NCBI GenBank assembly: GCA_050246755.1
Contig: JBFWVL010000001.1
Coordinates: forward strand, 340,421 to 372,420
Length of the DNA: 32,000 bases
From: Bacteriovoracia bacterium
GTDB taxonomy: Bacteria > Bdellovibrionota > UBA1018 > CAIPTA01
Reading direction: 5' to 3'
In this document: positions 24,547-32,000 of the stretch, one piece after another
How positions within the stretch are numbered: position 1 is the first letter of the stretch
Layout: every line of letters begins with the position of its first letter
The notes under the pieces: model-generated
Database searches by the model: none
What the model saw: only the letters and a program-made list of their open reading frames with translations
What the model was told of the DNA's origin: nothing
Program-made: the position numbers and the translations under genes

Positions 24547-26060
24547 GGCACAATATTGGGGTAAGCAGCCGGTGAAACTTCCGGCACTTTACCCGGCGCC
24601 GGCAGTGGTTTCTCCACCGATGGCTTAGTCCCTTTTTCCCAGCTATCTAGTTTCGTTATCCAGGGTTCCATCGTAGCGGCCAGTTTTTTACGGAAATTTT
24701 CCATGTCCATGATGCGCACGTAATCGTCGTACATTCGGCCATATTCTTTTTCCATCACGGGATCGAGCTTTTCCTTGCCCACGTGCAGACGATAGAATTG
24801 CCATTGCACGAGCGCGTCCGAAATTTCGTTTTCCGACTCCGCGAGCTTCGCCGCCCAGAAAGCTATTTTGTCGAGGTCGTCACCAGTAGGCGGAGTTCCG
24901 CTTTTTTCCGTTAGGGCGGTAAGCACGTCGAGCGTTTGCCGTTTCGCATCGTAGCTGGAGCGCAGGGAAGGAATGGTCAGCACCTTCTCCTTCAGGGCGG
25001 CCACCCATTTTTCGTCGAAATTCTTTTCGATGCTGAGAACCACGTTATGGAAATCGGGAAGATTGGCGAGATAGCCTTTTTCGATGTCGTCCATTCTTTC
25101 GCGAACCTTTGCCCGCGAGAGGCCTTTCCATTTTTCATCCAATATTTCTTTCTGCAGCGCTTGCAGGGCGGCAATTTTTTCGGTGGCCTTTTCAGGGCGC
25201 GAGGTGGTCAACTTCGAAACTTGTTCCTGAACGAACTCGCCGGCCTCTTTGGTCTTATCGGTACCCACTTTTTTCACTGGATTAACCAGCGGCGCGATGA
25301 AAGAGGTACCCATTTCATAAAGGGGAACGGCGGTGCCGAACGCGATCACCGGCTTAGCCCAGCCATAGAGAAACTTGCCGATTTTTTCGCCCTTGGCGAC
25401 GGCCAAGCTCTTGATCCGGCTATAAAGCCCTGGGTATTCCGAAGCAAGGTAGTGGGGAAGGTTGGAAATCGTGATCCCCTTTCCTTCCACTACATAGAGC
25501 CGCACGAACTGCTGGTCGAAGTATTCGGCGAGAAATTCATTTCCCCGGATTCCCTTAAGGATCTGATCGCTGTCGATCTTGGGATAGGCATTTCCGTTAT
25601 ACATTTCCCTTAGCCATTTGCGGTAGGCCACTAATTCTTGGCGAGGAAAAAGCCCGGCTGCCACCCGCCGCTCCATCAGCTCGTCGAAGGCTTCGCGGTA
25701 TTTTTTCAAAATCACTTTATTGCTCTTGGGCATCGCTTTCATGGCCCGGAATCCATCGGGCACTTCGGTTTCGGCAGGAAAGATGTCTTTTACTTTTATC
25801 TGCTCGAGTTCCACTACCCGGGCGTTTGCCTTTTCCACAAATCCCGGAATGTATTTCCGCACCACGGAAAAATTCTGCTTATAGCTGATCCGGGAATACA
25901 AGCGACGGCAGCCGGCTTCCCCGGCGGCCGGGCTTTCCGCCGGAGCCGCGGCGTGCTCCACGGGGGCGACGGCGGCGCTAGGAGCTTCCTGCGCGTGCGC
26001 ACTCACCGCGCTCAAGAGCAACGCTACGGCGCTAAATTTGGCAAAAAACTTCAGGGGCAT
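24543..26060 (-). CDS. Large exported protein, unknown function
   Basis: 505 aa. Signal peptide MPLKFFAKFSAVALLLSAVSAHAQE, with GGAG before the ATG. It has one internal hydrophobic segment and a Lys/Glu-rich helical C-terminal half with a Pro-rich end. I recognise no family. Confidence 0.55.
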   Translation of the reverse strand: MPLKFFAKFSAVALLLSAVSAHAQEAPSAAVAPVEHAAAPAESPAAGEAGCRRLYSRISYKQNFSVVRKYIPGFVEKANARVVELEQIKVKDIFPAETEVPDGFRAMKAMPKSNKVILKKYREAFDELMERRVAAGLFPRQELVAYRKWLREMYNGNAYPKIDSDQILKGIRGNEFLAEYFDQQFVRLYVVEGKGITISNLPHYLASEYPGLYSRIKSLAVAKGEKIGKFLYGWAKPVIAFGTAVPLYEMGTSFIAPLVNPVKKVGTDKTKEAGEFVQEQVSKLTTSRPEKATEKIAALQALQKEILDEKWKGLSRAKVRERMDDIEKGYLANLPDFHNVVLSIEKNFDEKWVAALKEKVLTIPSLRSSYDAKRQTLDVLTALTEKSGTPPTGDDLDKIAFWAAKLAESENEISDALVQWQFYRLHVGKEKLDPVMEKEYGRMYDDYVRIMDMENFRKKLAATMEPWITKLDSWEKGTKPSVEKPLPAPGKVPEVSPAAYPNIVP

Positions 26061-26129
26061 TCGTTCTCCAGGGGGCCTAGCTATTTATCGGCGCTTCTCC
26101 GGTGAAACTTGAGCGGGCGCCCCTCGGGC

Positions 26130-26157
26130 ATGACACGTAAATAATTGAATTTATTAA
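26130..26157 (+). promoter_or_regulatory. Candidate sigma70-type promoter for pccB (-35 ATGACA, 16-nt spacer, -10 TATTAA) inside an AT-rich patch
   Basis: Read directly from the 189-bp divergent intergenic region. The hexamers match consensus at 5/6 and 4/6. This is purely a sequence-pattern call. Confidence 0.25.
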
Positions 26158-26249
26158 CTTTATTTTACCTTATCGGACCTGCCCCACCTAGCCCGCCCTC
26201 GACGCGGTGCTCGCTTCCTTCCTACACTATTTCGCCTATCGTTATCGGC

Positions 26250-27797
26250 ATGTCGAAAACCCAACAGCAGGCCTTCGCGGCCCTTGAAGCCAAACTTGCG
26301 CAGAGCGAATTTCCCGCCGGCAAAGAACGCGTGGAAAAACAGCATAAAGACGGAAAGCTTTCCGCCCGGGAACGCATCGAGCTGCTCCTCGACAAAAATT
26401 CTTTTCAGGAATTGGACCGCTTCGTTACCCACCGGTGCACGAATTTCGAGCTCGAAAAAAATACTCCGCTCGGCGACGGGGTGGTTACCGGATTCGGCAA
26501 GATCGATGGCCGTATCGTGTACGTTTATTCCCAGGATTTTTCGGTATTCGGCGGCTCGCTTTCGGGCGCGCATGCGGCCAAGATCTGCAAGCTCATGGAC
26601 CTCGCCCTGAAAAACGGAGCCCCGGTGATCGGACTCAACGATTCGGGCGGCGCGCGGATTCAAGAAGGCGTGGAAGCCCTCGGCGGATATGCCGAGATTT
26701 TCTGGCGTAATGTGCAGGCATCCGGCGTGGTGCCGCAGATTTCCGTGGTGATGGGCCCCTGCGCGGGCGGCGCGGTCTATTCTCCGGCGATCACAGATTT
26801 TATTTATATGGTGGAACGCACGAGCTTCATGTTCGTGACCGGCCCCGACGTGATCAAGACCGTGACCCACGAAGAAGTGACGAAAGAAACCCTCGGCGGC
26901 GCGCACACCCACTCCGAAACCAGCGGCGTATCGCACTTCGTGGCCCCCGACGACGCCACCGCCCTCCGCCAGGTGAGAAAGCTCATTTCCTATTTACCCC
27001 TGAACAACGGCGATTTGCCGCCCGCGATCCCGAACGCGGAACCGAGCGACCGCGACACGAACCGCATCCTCGCCGCCCTCCCCGATACTTCGCAAAAACC
27101 CTACGACGTGAAGACGTTTATCGACGATATCGTGGACGAAGGGAGCTTCTACGAAGTGCACGCGGCCTACGCCCGCAATATCGTGGTAGGCTTTGCCCGC
27201 ATCAACGGCCGCCCGCTCGGCGTGGTGGCCAACCAGCCCATGCACTTGGCTGGCTGCCTAAATATCGATGCTTCGCGGAAGGCCGCCCGTTTCGTCCGCT
27301 TCTGCGACTCCTTCAATATACCCCTCGTTTCCCTCGTGGATGTTCCCGGCTTTCTCCCCGGCACCGACCAGGAATACGGTGGAATCATTACCCACGGCGC
27401 GAAGCTCCTCTACGCCTACGCCGAAGCCACCGTGCCAAAAATCACGGTGATCACGCGCAAGGCCTACGGTGGCGCCTACGACGTGATGGCCTCCAAGCAT
27501 ATCCGCGCCGATTTTAATTTCTCTTTCCCCAATGCCGAGATCGCGGTGATGGGCCCCGAAGGCGCGATCTCCATCCTCCACCGCGAGAAGATCGCCAAGG
27601 ATCCCGCCTCGGCGCCGAGATTGGTGGAAGAATACCGCGATACCTTCGCCAACCCCTACCGCGCCGCCGGCCTCGGGTACCTCGACGAAGTGATTCATCC
27701 CAAGGATACGCGCCGGAAAATCGCCGCCGCGCTGGAAGCTACCCGGGGAAAACGCGAAGCGCGGCCGGTTCGCAAACACGGAAATATTCCACTGTGA
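26250..27797 (+). CDS. pccB: Propionyl-CoA carboxylase beta subunit (acyl-CoA carboxyltransferase)
   Basis: The track ORF 26145.. is trimmed to ATG 26250 ([18 protein letters not shown]...[18 protein letters not shown]); 515 aa. It has [38 protein letters not shown] and AYGGAYDVM, a canonical PccB/MMCoA carboxyltransferase series. Confidence 0.9.
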   Translation: MSKTQQQAFAALEAKLAQSEFPAGKERVEKQHKDGKLSARERIELLLDKNSFQELDRFVTHRCTNFELEKNTPLGDGVVTGFGKIDGRIVYVYSQDFSVFGGSLSGAHAAKICKLMDLALKNGAPVIGLNDSGGARIQEGVEALGGYAEIFWRNVQASGVVPQISVVMGPCAGGAVYSPAITDFIYMVERTSFMFVTGPDVIKTVTHEEVTKETLGGAHTHSETSGVSHFVAPDDATALRQVRKLISYLPLNNGDLPPAIPNAEPSDRDTNRILAALPDTSQKPYDVKTFIDDIVDEGSFYEVHAAYARNIVVGFARINGRPLGVVANQPMHLAGCLNIDASRKAARFVRFCDSFNIPLVSLVDVPGFLPGTDQEYGGIITHGAKLLYAYAEATVPKITVITRKAYGGAYDVMASKHIRADFNFSFPNAEIAVMGPEGAISILHREKIAKDPASAPRLVEEYRDTFANPYRAAGLGYLDEVIHPKDTRRKIAAALEATRGKREARPVRKHGNIPL

Positions 27798-29302
27798 GTA
27801 CAACCGTGAAGATGCCGTTCAAAAAAATTCTGATCGCGAACCGGGGCGAGATCGCCATCCGCGTGATCCGCGCCGCCAAAGAACTGGGATTGAAAACGGT
27901 GGCCGTTTATTCCGATGCCGACCGCGATTCGCCCCACGTGCTCCTCGCCCACGAGGCCGTGCCTATCGGTGCAAGCGAAGCGAAGCAAAGTTATCTCGTG
28001 CCCGAAAAAATTCTCGCCGCCGCCGCGGCCACTAAGGCCGATGCCCTGCATCCCGGATTCGGATTTCTCTCCGAAAACGCCGATTTCGCCCGCGCTTGCG
28101 CCAAGGCCGGAATTAAATTCATCGGCCCCAACCCCGACGCGATCGACCTCATGGGCGACAAGCTCCGCGCCCGCGCCGCGATGAAGGCCGCCGGCGTGCC
28201 CATCGTGCCCGGCAGCGACGGCGCGATCGAAACCCTGGCCGAGGCGAAAAAAATCGCCAAGACGATCGGCTTCCCCGTGATCCTCAAAGCCGCGGCCGGC
28301 GGGGGCGGCAAGGGCATGCGCGTGGCCAACTCCGACAAAGAGCTCGAGAATTTTTTCGAATCCGTGCGCAGCGAGGCCCTCAATTATTTCAACGACGGCT
28401 CGGTATTCCTCGAGCGCTACGCCAAGGATCCCCACCATATCGAAGTACAGATCATCGCCGACGAGCACGGCAACGTGGCTCACCTCTTCGAGCGCGAATG
28501 CTCCGTGCAGCGCCGCCACCAAAAAGTGATCGAGGAAGCGCCCTCTCCGTTCCTCGTGGGGCACGACGATATCCGCGAGAAATTATTTGCCGTGGCCGTT
28601 CAGGGTGCCCAGCGCATCGGCTATACCAATGCCGGCACCATGGAATTCGTGATGGACGGCGACCGGAACTTTTATTTCCTCGAGATGAATACGCGCATCC
28701 AAGTGGAGCATCCCGTAACGGAGATGATCACCGGCATTGACCTCGTAAAAGAACAGATCCTGGTGGCCGCGGGAAATAAGCTTTCCTTCGACCCCAAAGA
28801 GCTGAAGCTCAACGGCGCGGCCATCGAGTGCCGGCTCTACGCCGAAAATCCCTTCACTTTCCTCCCTTCGCCAGGCCCCGTGAAAGAGCTCGTGCTCCCG
28901 GGAGGCCCCTTCGTGCGCGTAGACGCGGCGATGCACGCCGGGCAAACCATTCCCCTCGAATACGATCCGATGATTGCGAAACTTTGCGCCTGGGGCCGCA
29001 CCCGCGGGGAATCCGTGAGCCGCATGGCCCGCGTGCTCGGCGAAACGGGCGTGGCCGGCTGCTTAACCAACCTAGCTTTCCTTCGCCGCGTGATGGAAAA
29101 TAAAATTTTCCGGAGCGGAATCTATACTACCGGCTTTATCGCCCAAGAAACCGAGCAGCTCGCGAATCCGAAAGAGCTTCCGCCCGGAATCGAATCGGAA
29201 GCCGAGCTCAGGGAACTATTGGCCTTGCTCGCGAGCACCGAAGAAAAAGTTCCCGCGCAACCCGAAGCTTCGGCCTGGTGGAGGATGACTCATGTCCGAT
29301 AA
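27794..29302 (+). CDS. Biotin carboxylase subunit of acyl-CoA (propionyl-CoA) carboxylase, without a biotinyl domain
   Basis: 502 aa. It has [18 protein letters not shown], the ATP-grasp motifs ([32 protein letters not shown]) and the BC C-terminal domain. GTG 27794 (GTGA overlap) and ATG 27812 are both possible starts. No AMKM motif occurs in this ORF. Confidence 0.9.
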   Translation: MSTTVKMPFKKILIANRGEIAIRVIRAAKELGLKTVAVYSDADRDSPHVLLAHEAVPIGASEAKQSYLVPEKILAAAAATKADALHPGFGFLSENADFARACAKAGIKFIGPNPDAIDLMGDKLRARAAMKAAGVPIVPGSDGAIETLAEAKKIAKTIGFPVILKAAAGGGGKGMRVANSDKELENFFESVRSEALNYFNDGSVFLERYAKDPHHIEVQIIADEHGNVAHLFERECSVQRRHQKVIEEAPSPFLVGHDDIREKLFAVAVQGAQRIGYTNAGTMEFVMDGDRNFYFLEMNTRIQVEHPVTEMITGIDLVKEQILVAAGNKLSFDPKELKLNGAAIECRLYAENPFTFLPSPGPVKELVLPGGPFVRVDAAMHAGQTIPLEYDPMIAKLCAWGRTRGESVSRMARVLGETGVAGCLTNLAFLRRVMENKIFRSGIYTTGFIAQETEQLANPKELPPGIESEAELRELLALLASTEEKVPAQPEASAWWRMTHVR

Positions 29303-29807
29303 AGCCTATACTCTTCCCGGCGGACAGCAGTTCGAGCTGAAGAACGGTCCGGGCGGTGAATATCTCGTAAAGCGCGAAGGCAGCGAGGAGACCGCTTCCC
29401 GCATCTCCGCCGACTCTCACGTAATCGATCACGAAACCAAACGTCTCTACCTCGGCTCCGCCAAAGCCCGGCAGCTCTTCTGGGTATACGCCGTTCGTAA
29501 TAAACGCATTCTCTCCTGGCCGGGCGGCTCGATGGAGATCGACGCCGTGGATCTCTCGGAAGGCGCCGCCTCCGCCGGCGGCACGATCAAGCCGCTGCGC
29601 CTCACCATGCCGGGAAAAGTGCTCAGCATCAAAGTGAAGGAAGGCGATACCGTGGAGGCTGGCCAGGGTCTCGTGGTGGTAGAGGCCATGAAAATGGAAA
29701 ATCTTTTGCTTGCGCCCGCCGCCGCGAAAGTGGCGAAAGTACACGTGCAAACGGGCGACCGCCTCGAATCCGGCACCACCCTCATCACCTTCGAGGCCCT
29801 TTCATGA
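29292..29807 (+). CDS. Biotin carboxyl carrier protein (biotinyl/lipoyl-attachment domain)
   Basis: 171 aa. The C-terminal 70 aa are MPGKVLSIKVKEGDTVEAGQGLVVVEAMKMENLL...GDRLESGTTLITFE, with the EAMKM biotinylation motif. It overlaps the BC stop by 11 nt. Confidence 0.85.
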   Translation: MSDKAYTLPGGQQFELKNGPGGEYLVKREGSEETASRISADSHVIDHETKRLYLGSAKARQLFWVYAVRNKRILSWPGGSMEIDAVDLSEGAASAGGTIKPLRLTMPGKVLSIKVKEGDTVEAGQGLVVVEAMKMENLLLAPAAAKVAKVHVQTGDRLESGTTLITFEALS

Positions 29808-30472
29808 TTCGCTTGCTCGCCGCCCTCTTGCTGGCGTTCTCGCTCCTTTCGGCCAAGGCCGTAACCTATAAAGCGTATGTACTGATGCCGGTAGACGAGG
29901 CCGCGAAGGAAAAATCGTTCCTGGATTTCCGCACCAAGCTCCTGAAGGCCATCGAAGCCAAAGACGCGGCCTACCTTTCTTCGATCCTCGCGAAAAATAT
30001 CGCCTTCAGCTTCGGCGGGGAAGGCGATGGTGATGGGCCAGCCGGCTTCCGCCGCATGTGGAATCTCAACAAGCACCCGGAAAGAAGCAAGGTTTGGGCG
30101 GAACTAAAAGCCGTCGTAGCCCGCGGCGGAAAATTCAATGAAGACCTCACTTCCTTCGACGCCCCTTACGTGTCCGCGGCTTGGCCCAGCGCCTACGATT
30201 CCTTCGACTACTCCGCCGTGGTGGAGAAAGACGCAATCGTGCGCGAACGGGCCCGGCTGGACGCGCCCGTTCTGCAAAAAGTTTCTTATGAGATCCTGCG
30301 CGTTACCAGCGACTGGTCCAATAAACCCAATGCCTGGAGCACCGTGATTCTTCCCAACGGAAAAAAAGGGCATATCCAGAATCGCTTCCTCCAGTCTCCG
30401 GTGGGCTACCGCGCCCGTTTCGAAAAAGTGGGCAAGGATTGGAAAATGGCCACATTCATTGCGGGAGACTGA
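29804..30472 (+). CDS. Exported protein, unknown function, embedded in the pcc-mcm operon
   Basis: 222 aa. Signal peptide [23 protein letters not shown] overlaps at both ends (29804-29807 and 30470-30474) tie it to the flanking genes. I recognise no family. Confidence 0.5.
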   Translation: MIRLLAALLLAFSLLSAKAVTYKAYVLMPVDEAAKEKSFLDFRTKLLKAIEAKDAAYLSSILAKNIAFSFGGEGDGDGPAGFRRMWNLNKHPERSKVWAELKAVVARGGKFNEDLTSFDAPYVSAAWPSAYDSFDYSAVVEKDAIVRERARLDAPVLQKVSYEILRVTSDWSNKPNAWSTVILPNGKKGHIQNRFLQSPVGYRARFEKVGKDWKMATFIAGD

Positions 30473-32000
30473 TGAAGGACCTCTCGAAATCCAATAATCG
30501 CACGCCTTCCGGCCTCGACCTCCGTACTTTCTACGGCGAACCTCCTCCAGGAGAGTTTCCCTTCACCCGCGGCGTGCACAAAGACATGTACCGTGGCCGC
30601 CTGTGGACCATGCGCCAGTACGCGGGATTCGGCACCGCCGAAGAGAGCAACAAGCGCTACCGTTACCTTCTCTCGAAGGGTACCACCGGCCTCAGCGTGG
30701 CCTTCGATCTTCCCACCCAGATGGGCTTCGACTCCGATCACCCCATGGCCATAGGAGAAGTGGGCCGCGTGGGCGTGGCCATCGATTCCATCGCCGATAT
30801 GCGCACCCTCTTCCGCGGCATCGATCTGGCGCGCGTGACCACCTCGATGACGATCAACTCCACCGCCTCTATCCTGCTAGCGCTCTATATCGCGGTGGCC
30901 GAAGAGCAAGGCGCCGACCTCAGCAAAATTTCCGGCACCATCCAGAATGATCTCCTCAAGGAATATATCGCGCGCGGCACTTATATTTTCCCCCCCAAAG
31001 CCTCACTCCGGATCATCACCGATATTTTCGACTACTGCCGCAAGCAGGTGCCCAAATGGAATCCCATTTCGATCTCGGGCTACCATATCCGCGAAGCCGG
31101 CTCCACCGCCGCCCAGGAAATCGCTTTTACGCTGGCCAATGGATTTACCTACGTAGACGCAGCGCTGGCCGCCGGCCTCACCATCGACGAATTCGCGCCC
31201 CGGCTCAGTTTCTTCTTCAACGCTCACAACCATCTCTTCGAAGAGGTGGCCAAGTTCCGCATCGCTCGGAAAATCTGGGCTGAAACGCTCCGCGAGACCT
31301 ACGGCGCCCGTGATCCTAATTCGCTTAAATTAAGGTTCCACGCCCAAACCGCGGGCTCCATGCTCACCGCGCAGCAGCCCCGCAATAACCTTATTCGCGT
31401 TACGGTGCAGGCCATGGCGGCCGTGCTCGGCGGCGCGCAGAGCTTGCACACCAACGGCTACGACGAAGCCCTCTCCCTCCCCACCGAAGAGAGCGCCTCG
31501 CTCGCCCTGCGCACCCAGCAGATCCTCGCCTTCGAATCCGGAGCCGCCGACGTGGCCGATCCTTTAGGCGGCTCTTACTTTGTGGAGGAGCTCGGGCGCG
31601 AGCTCGAAGAGAAGGCGCGCTGGTACCTAAAAGAAATTCATACCCGCGGCGGCATGATCGCCTGCATCGAGGCAGGCTACGTGCAGAGGGAAATCCAGGA
31701 AGCGGCCTATAAAACGCAATTGGCCACCGACCAGGCCGAGCAAGTGCAGGTGGGCGTGAATTCCTTCCAGGCCGACGAGCAGTCCGAGACGGATCTCCTG
31801 AAAATCGACCGCTCCTTGGAAGCCAAGCAGATCAAAAAAACCAAGAAATTTAAAAAGGACCGAGACCAAAAAAAGGTTCACGAGGCTCTGGCACGATTGC
31901 AAACCGCGGCTAAGGGAGCAGAAAACCTCATGCCTTTTATCCTGGCGGCCGTAAAGAACGAGGCCTCTCTCGGCGAAGTCAGCGACTCCCTCCGATCGGT
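30472..32000 (+). CDS. Methylmalonyl-CoA mutase, catalytic (substrate-binding) domain; continues past the right edge
   Basis: Absent from the track because the edge truncates it. My translation from ATG 30472 reads [23 protein letters not shown]...[59 protein letters not shown]...[21 protein letters not shown]...[14 protein letters not shown]...FHAQTAGS. The Tyr in RQYAGF and the Arg in ARGTY are the positions I recall distinguishing MCM from isobutyryl-CoA mutase. Confidence 0.9.
   Translation, partial: MKDLSKSNNRTPSGLDLRTFYGEPPPGEFPFTRGVHKDMYRGRLWTMRQYAGFGTAEESNKRYRYLLSKGTTGLSVAFDLPTQMGFDSDHPMAIGEVGRVGVAIDSIADMRTLFRGIDLARVTTSMTINSTASILLALYIAVAEEQGADLSKISGTIQNDLLKEYIARGTYIFPPKASLRIITDIFDYCRKQVPKWNPISISGYHIREAGSTAAQEIAFTLANGFTYVDAALAAGLTIDEFAPRLSFFFNAHNHLFEEVAKFRIARKIWAETLRETYGARDPNSLKLRFHAQTAGSMLTAQQPRNNLIRVTVQAMAAVLGGAQSLHTNGYDEALSLPTEESASLALRTQQILAFESGAADVADPLGGSYFVEELGRELEEKARWYLKEIHTRGGMIACIEAGYVQREIQEAAYKTQLATDQAEQVQVGVNSFQADEQSETDLLKIDRSLEAKQIKKTKKFKKDRDQKKVHEALARLQTAAKGAENLMPFILAAVKNEASLGEVSDSLRS

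Noticed and set aside
30472-32000. Alternative identity of the mutase as isobutyryl-CoA, ethylmalonyl-CoA or hydroxybutyryl-CoA mutase
   Set aside because: The Tyr in RQYAGF and the Arg in IARGTY are the residues I recall as diagnostic for methylmalonyl-CoA specificity. The gene also follows a propionyl-CoA carboxylase operon. Whether a B12-binding domain is fused cannot be seen, because the window ends.

Overview
The window is a moderately GC-rich, densely packed bacterial chromosomal segment. I call about 36 protein-coding genes, many joined by 4-14 nt start/stop overlaps. I saw no rRNA, tRNA, CRISPR array, transposase or integrase. All family calls come from reading motifs in the supplied translations, plus two edge-truncated ORFs I translated by hand. 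No homology search was possible.

Layout:
- 1-3241: pantothenate/CoA cluster (coaBC', coaX, panB, a short KARI-like reductase, divergent panD).
- 3234-6229: FAD-linked oxidase, rmuC and a VanZ-like gene, translationally chained to panD.
- 6308-8615: two exported proteins of unknown function. The large one has a caspase-like His/Cys motif pair.
- 8678-9373: pirin.
- 9436-12975, minus strand: an orphan CpaF/VirB11-type secretion ATPase downstream of three exported or membrane-anchored Cys-rich proteins.
- 13086-24129: an aromatic catabolic cluster.
- 24157-26060: a lipoprotein and a large exported protein.
- 26250-32000: propionyl-CoA carboxylase (pccB, separate biotin carboxylase and BCCP), an exported protein, and a partial methylmalonyl-CoA mutase.

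The most interesting signal is the 13-24 kb cluster. It combines tryptophan 2,3-dioxygenase and kynurenine formamidase with a complete 2-aminophenol meta-cleavage set: AmnB, an AmnA-RidA fusion, a semialdehyde dehydrogenase and two MhpD/4-OD family enzymes. It lacks kynurenine monooxygenase, kynureninase, 3-hydroxyanthranilate dioxygenase and ACMS decarboxylase.

In their place sit a luciferase-like flavin monooxygenase and an asparaginase-II-family hydrolase. I propose, as inference only, a route in which (N-formyl)kynurenine undergoes Baeyer-Villiger oxygenation to a beta-aspartyl 2-aminophenyl ester or anilide. Hydrolysis would then give L-aspartate plus 2-aminophenol, which enters the amn pathway.
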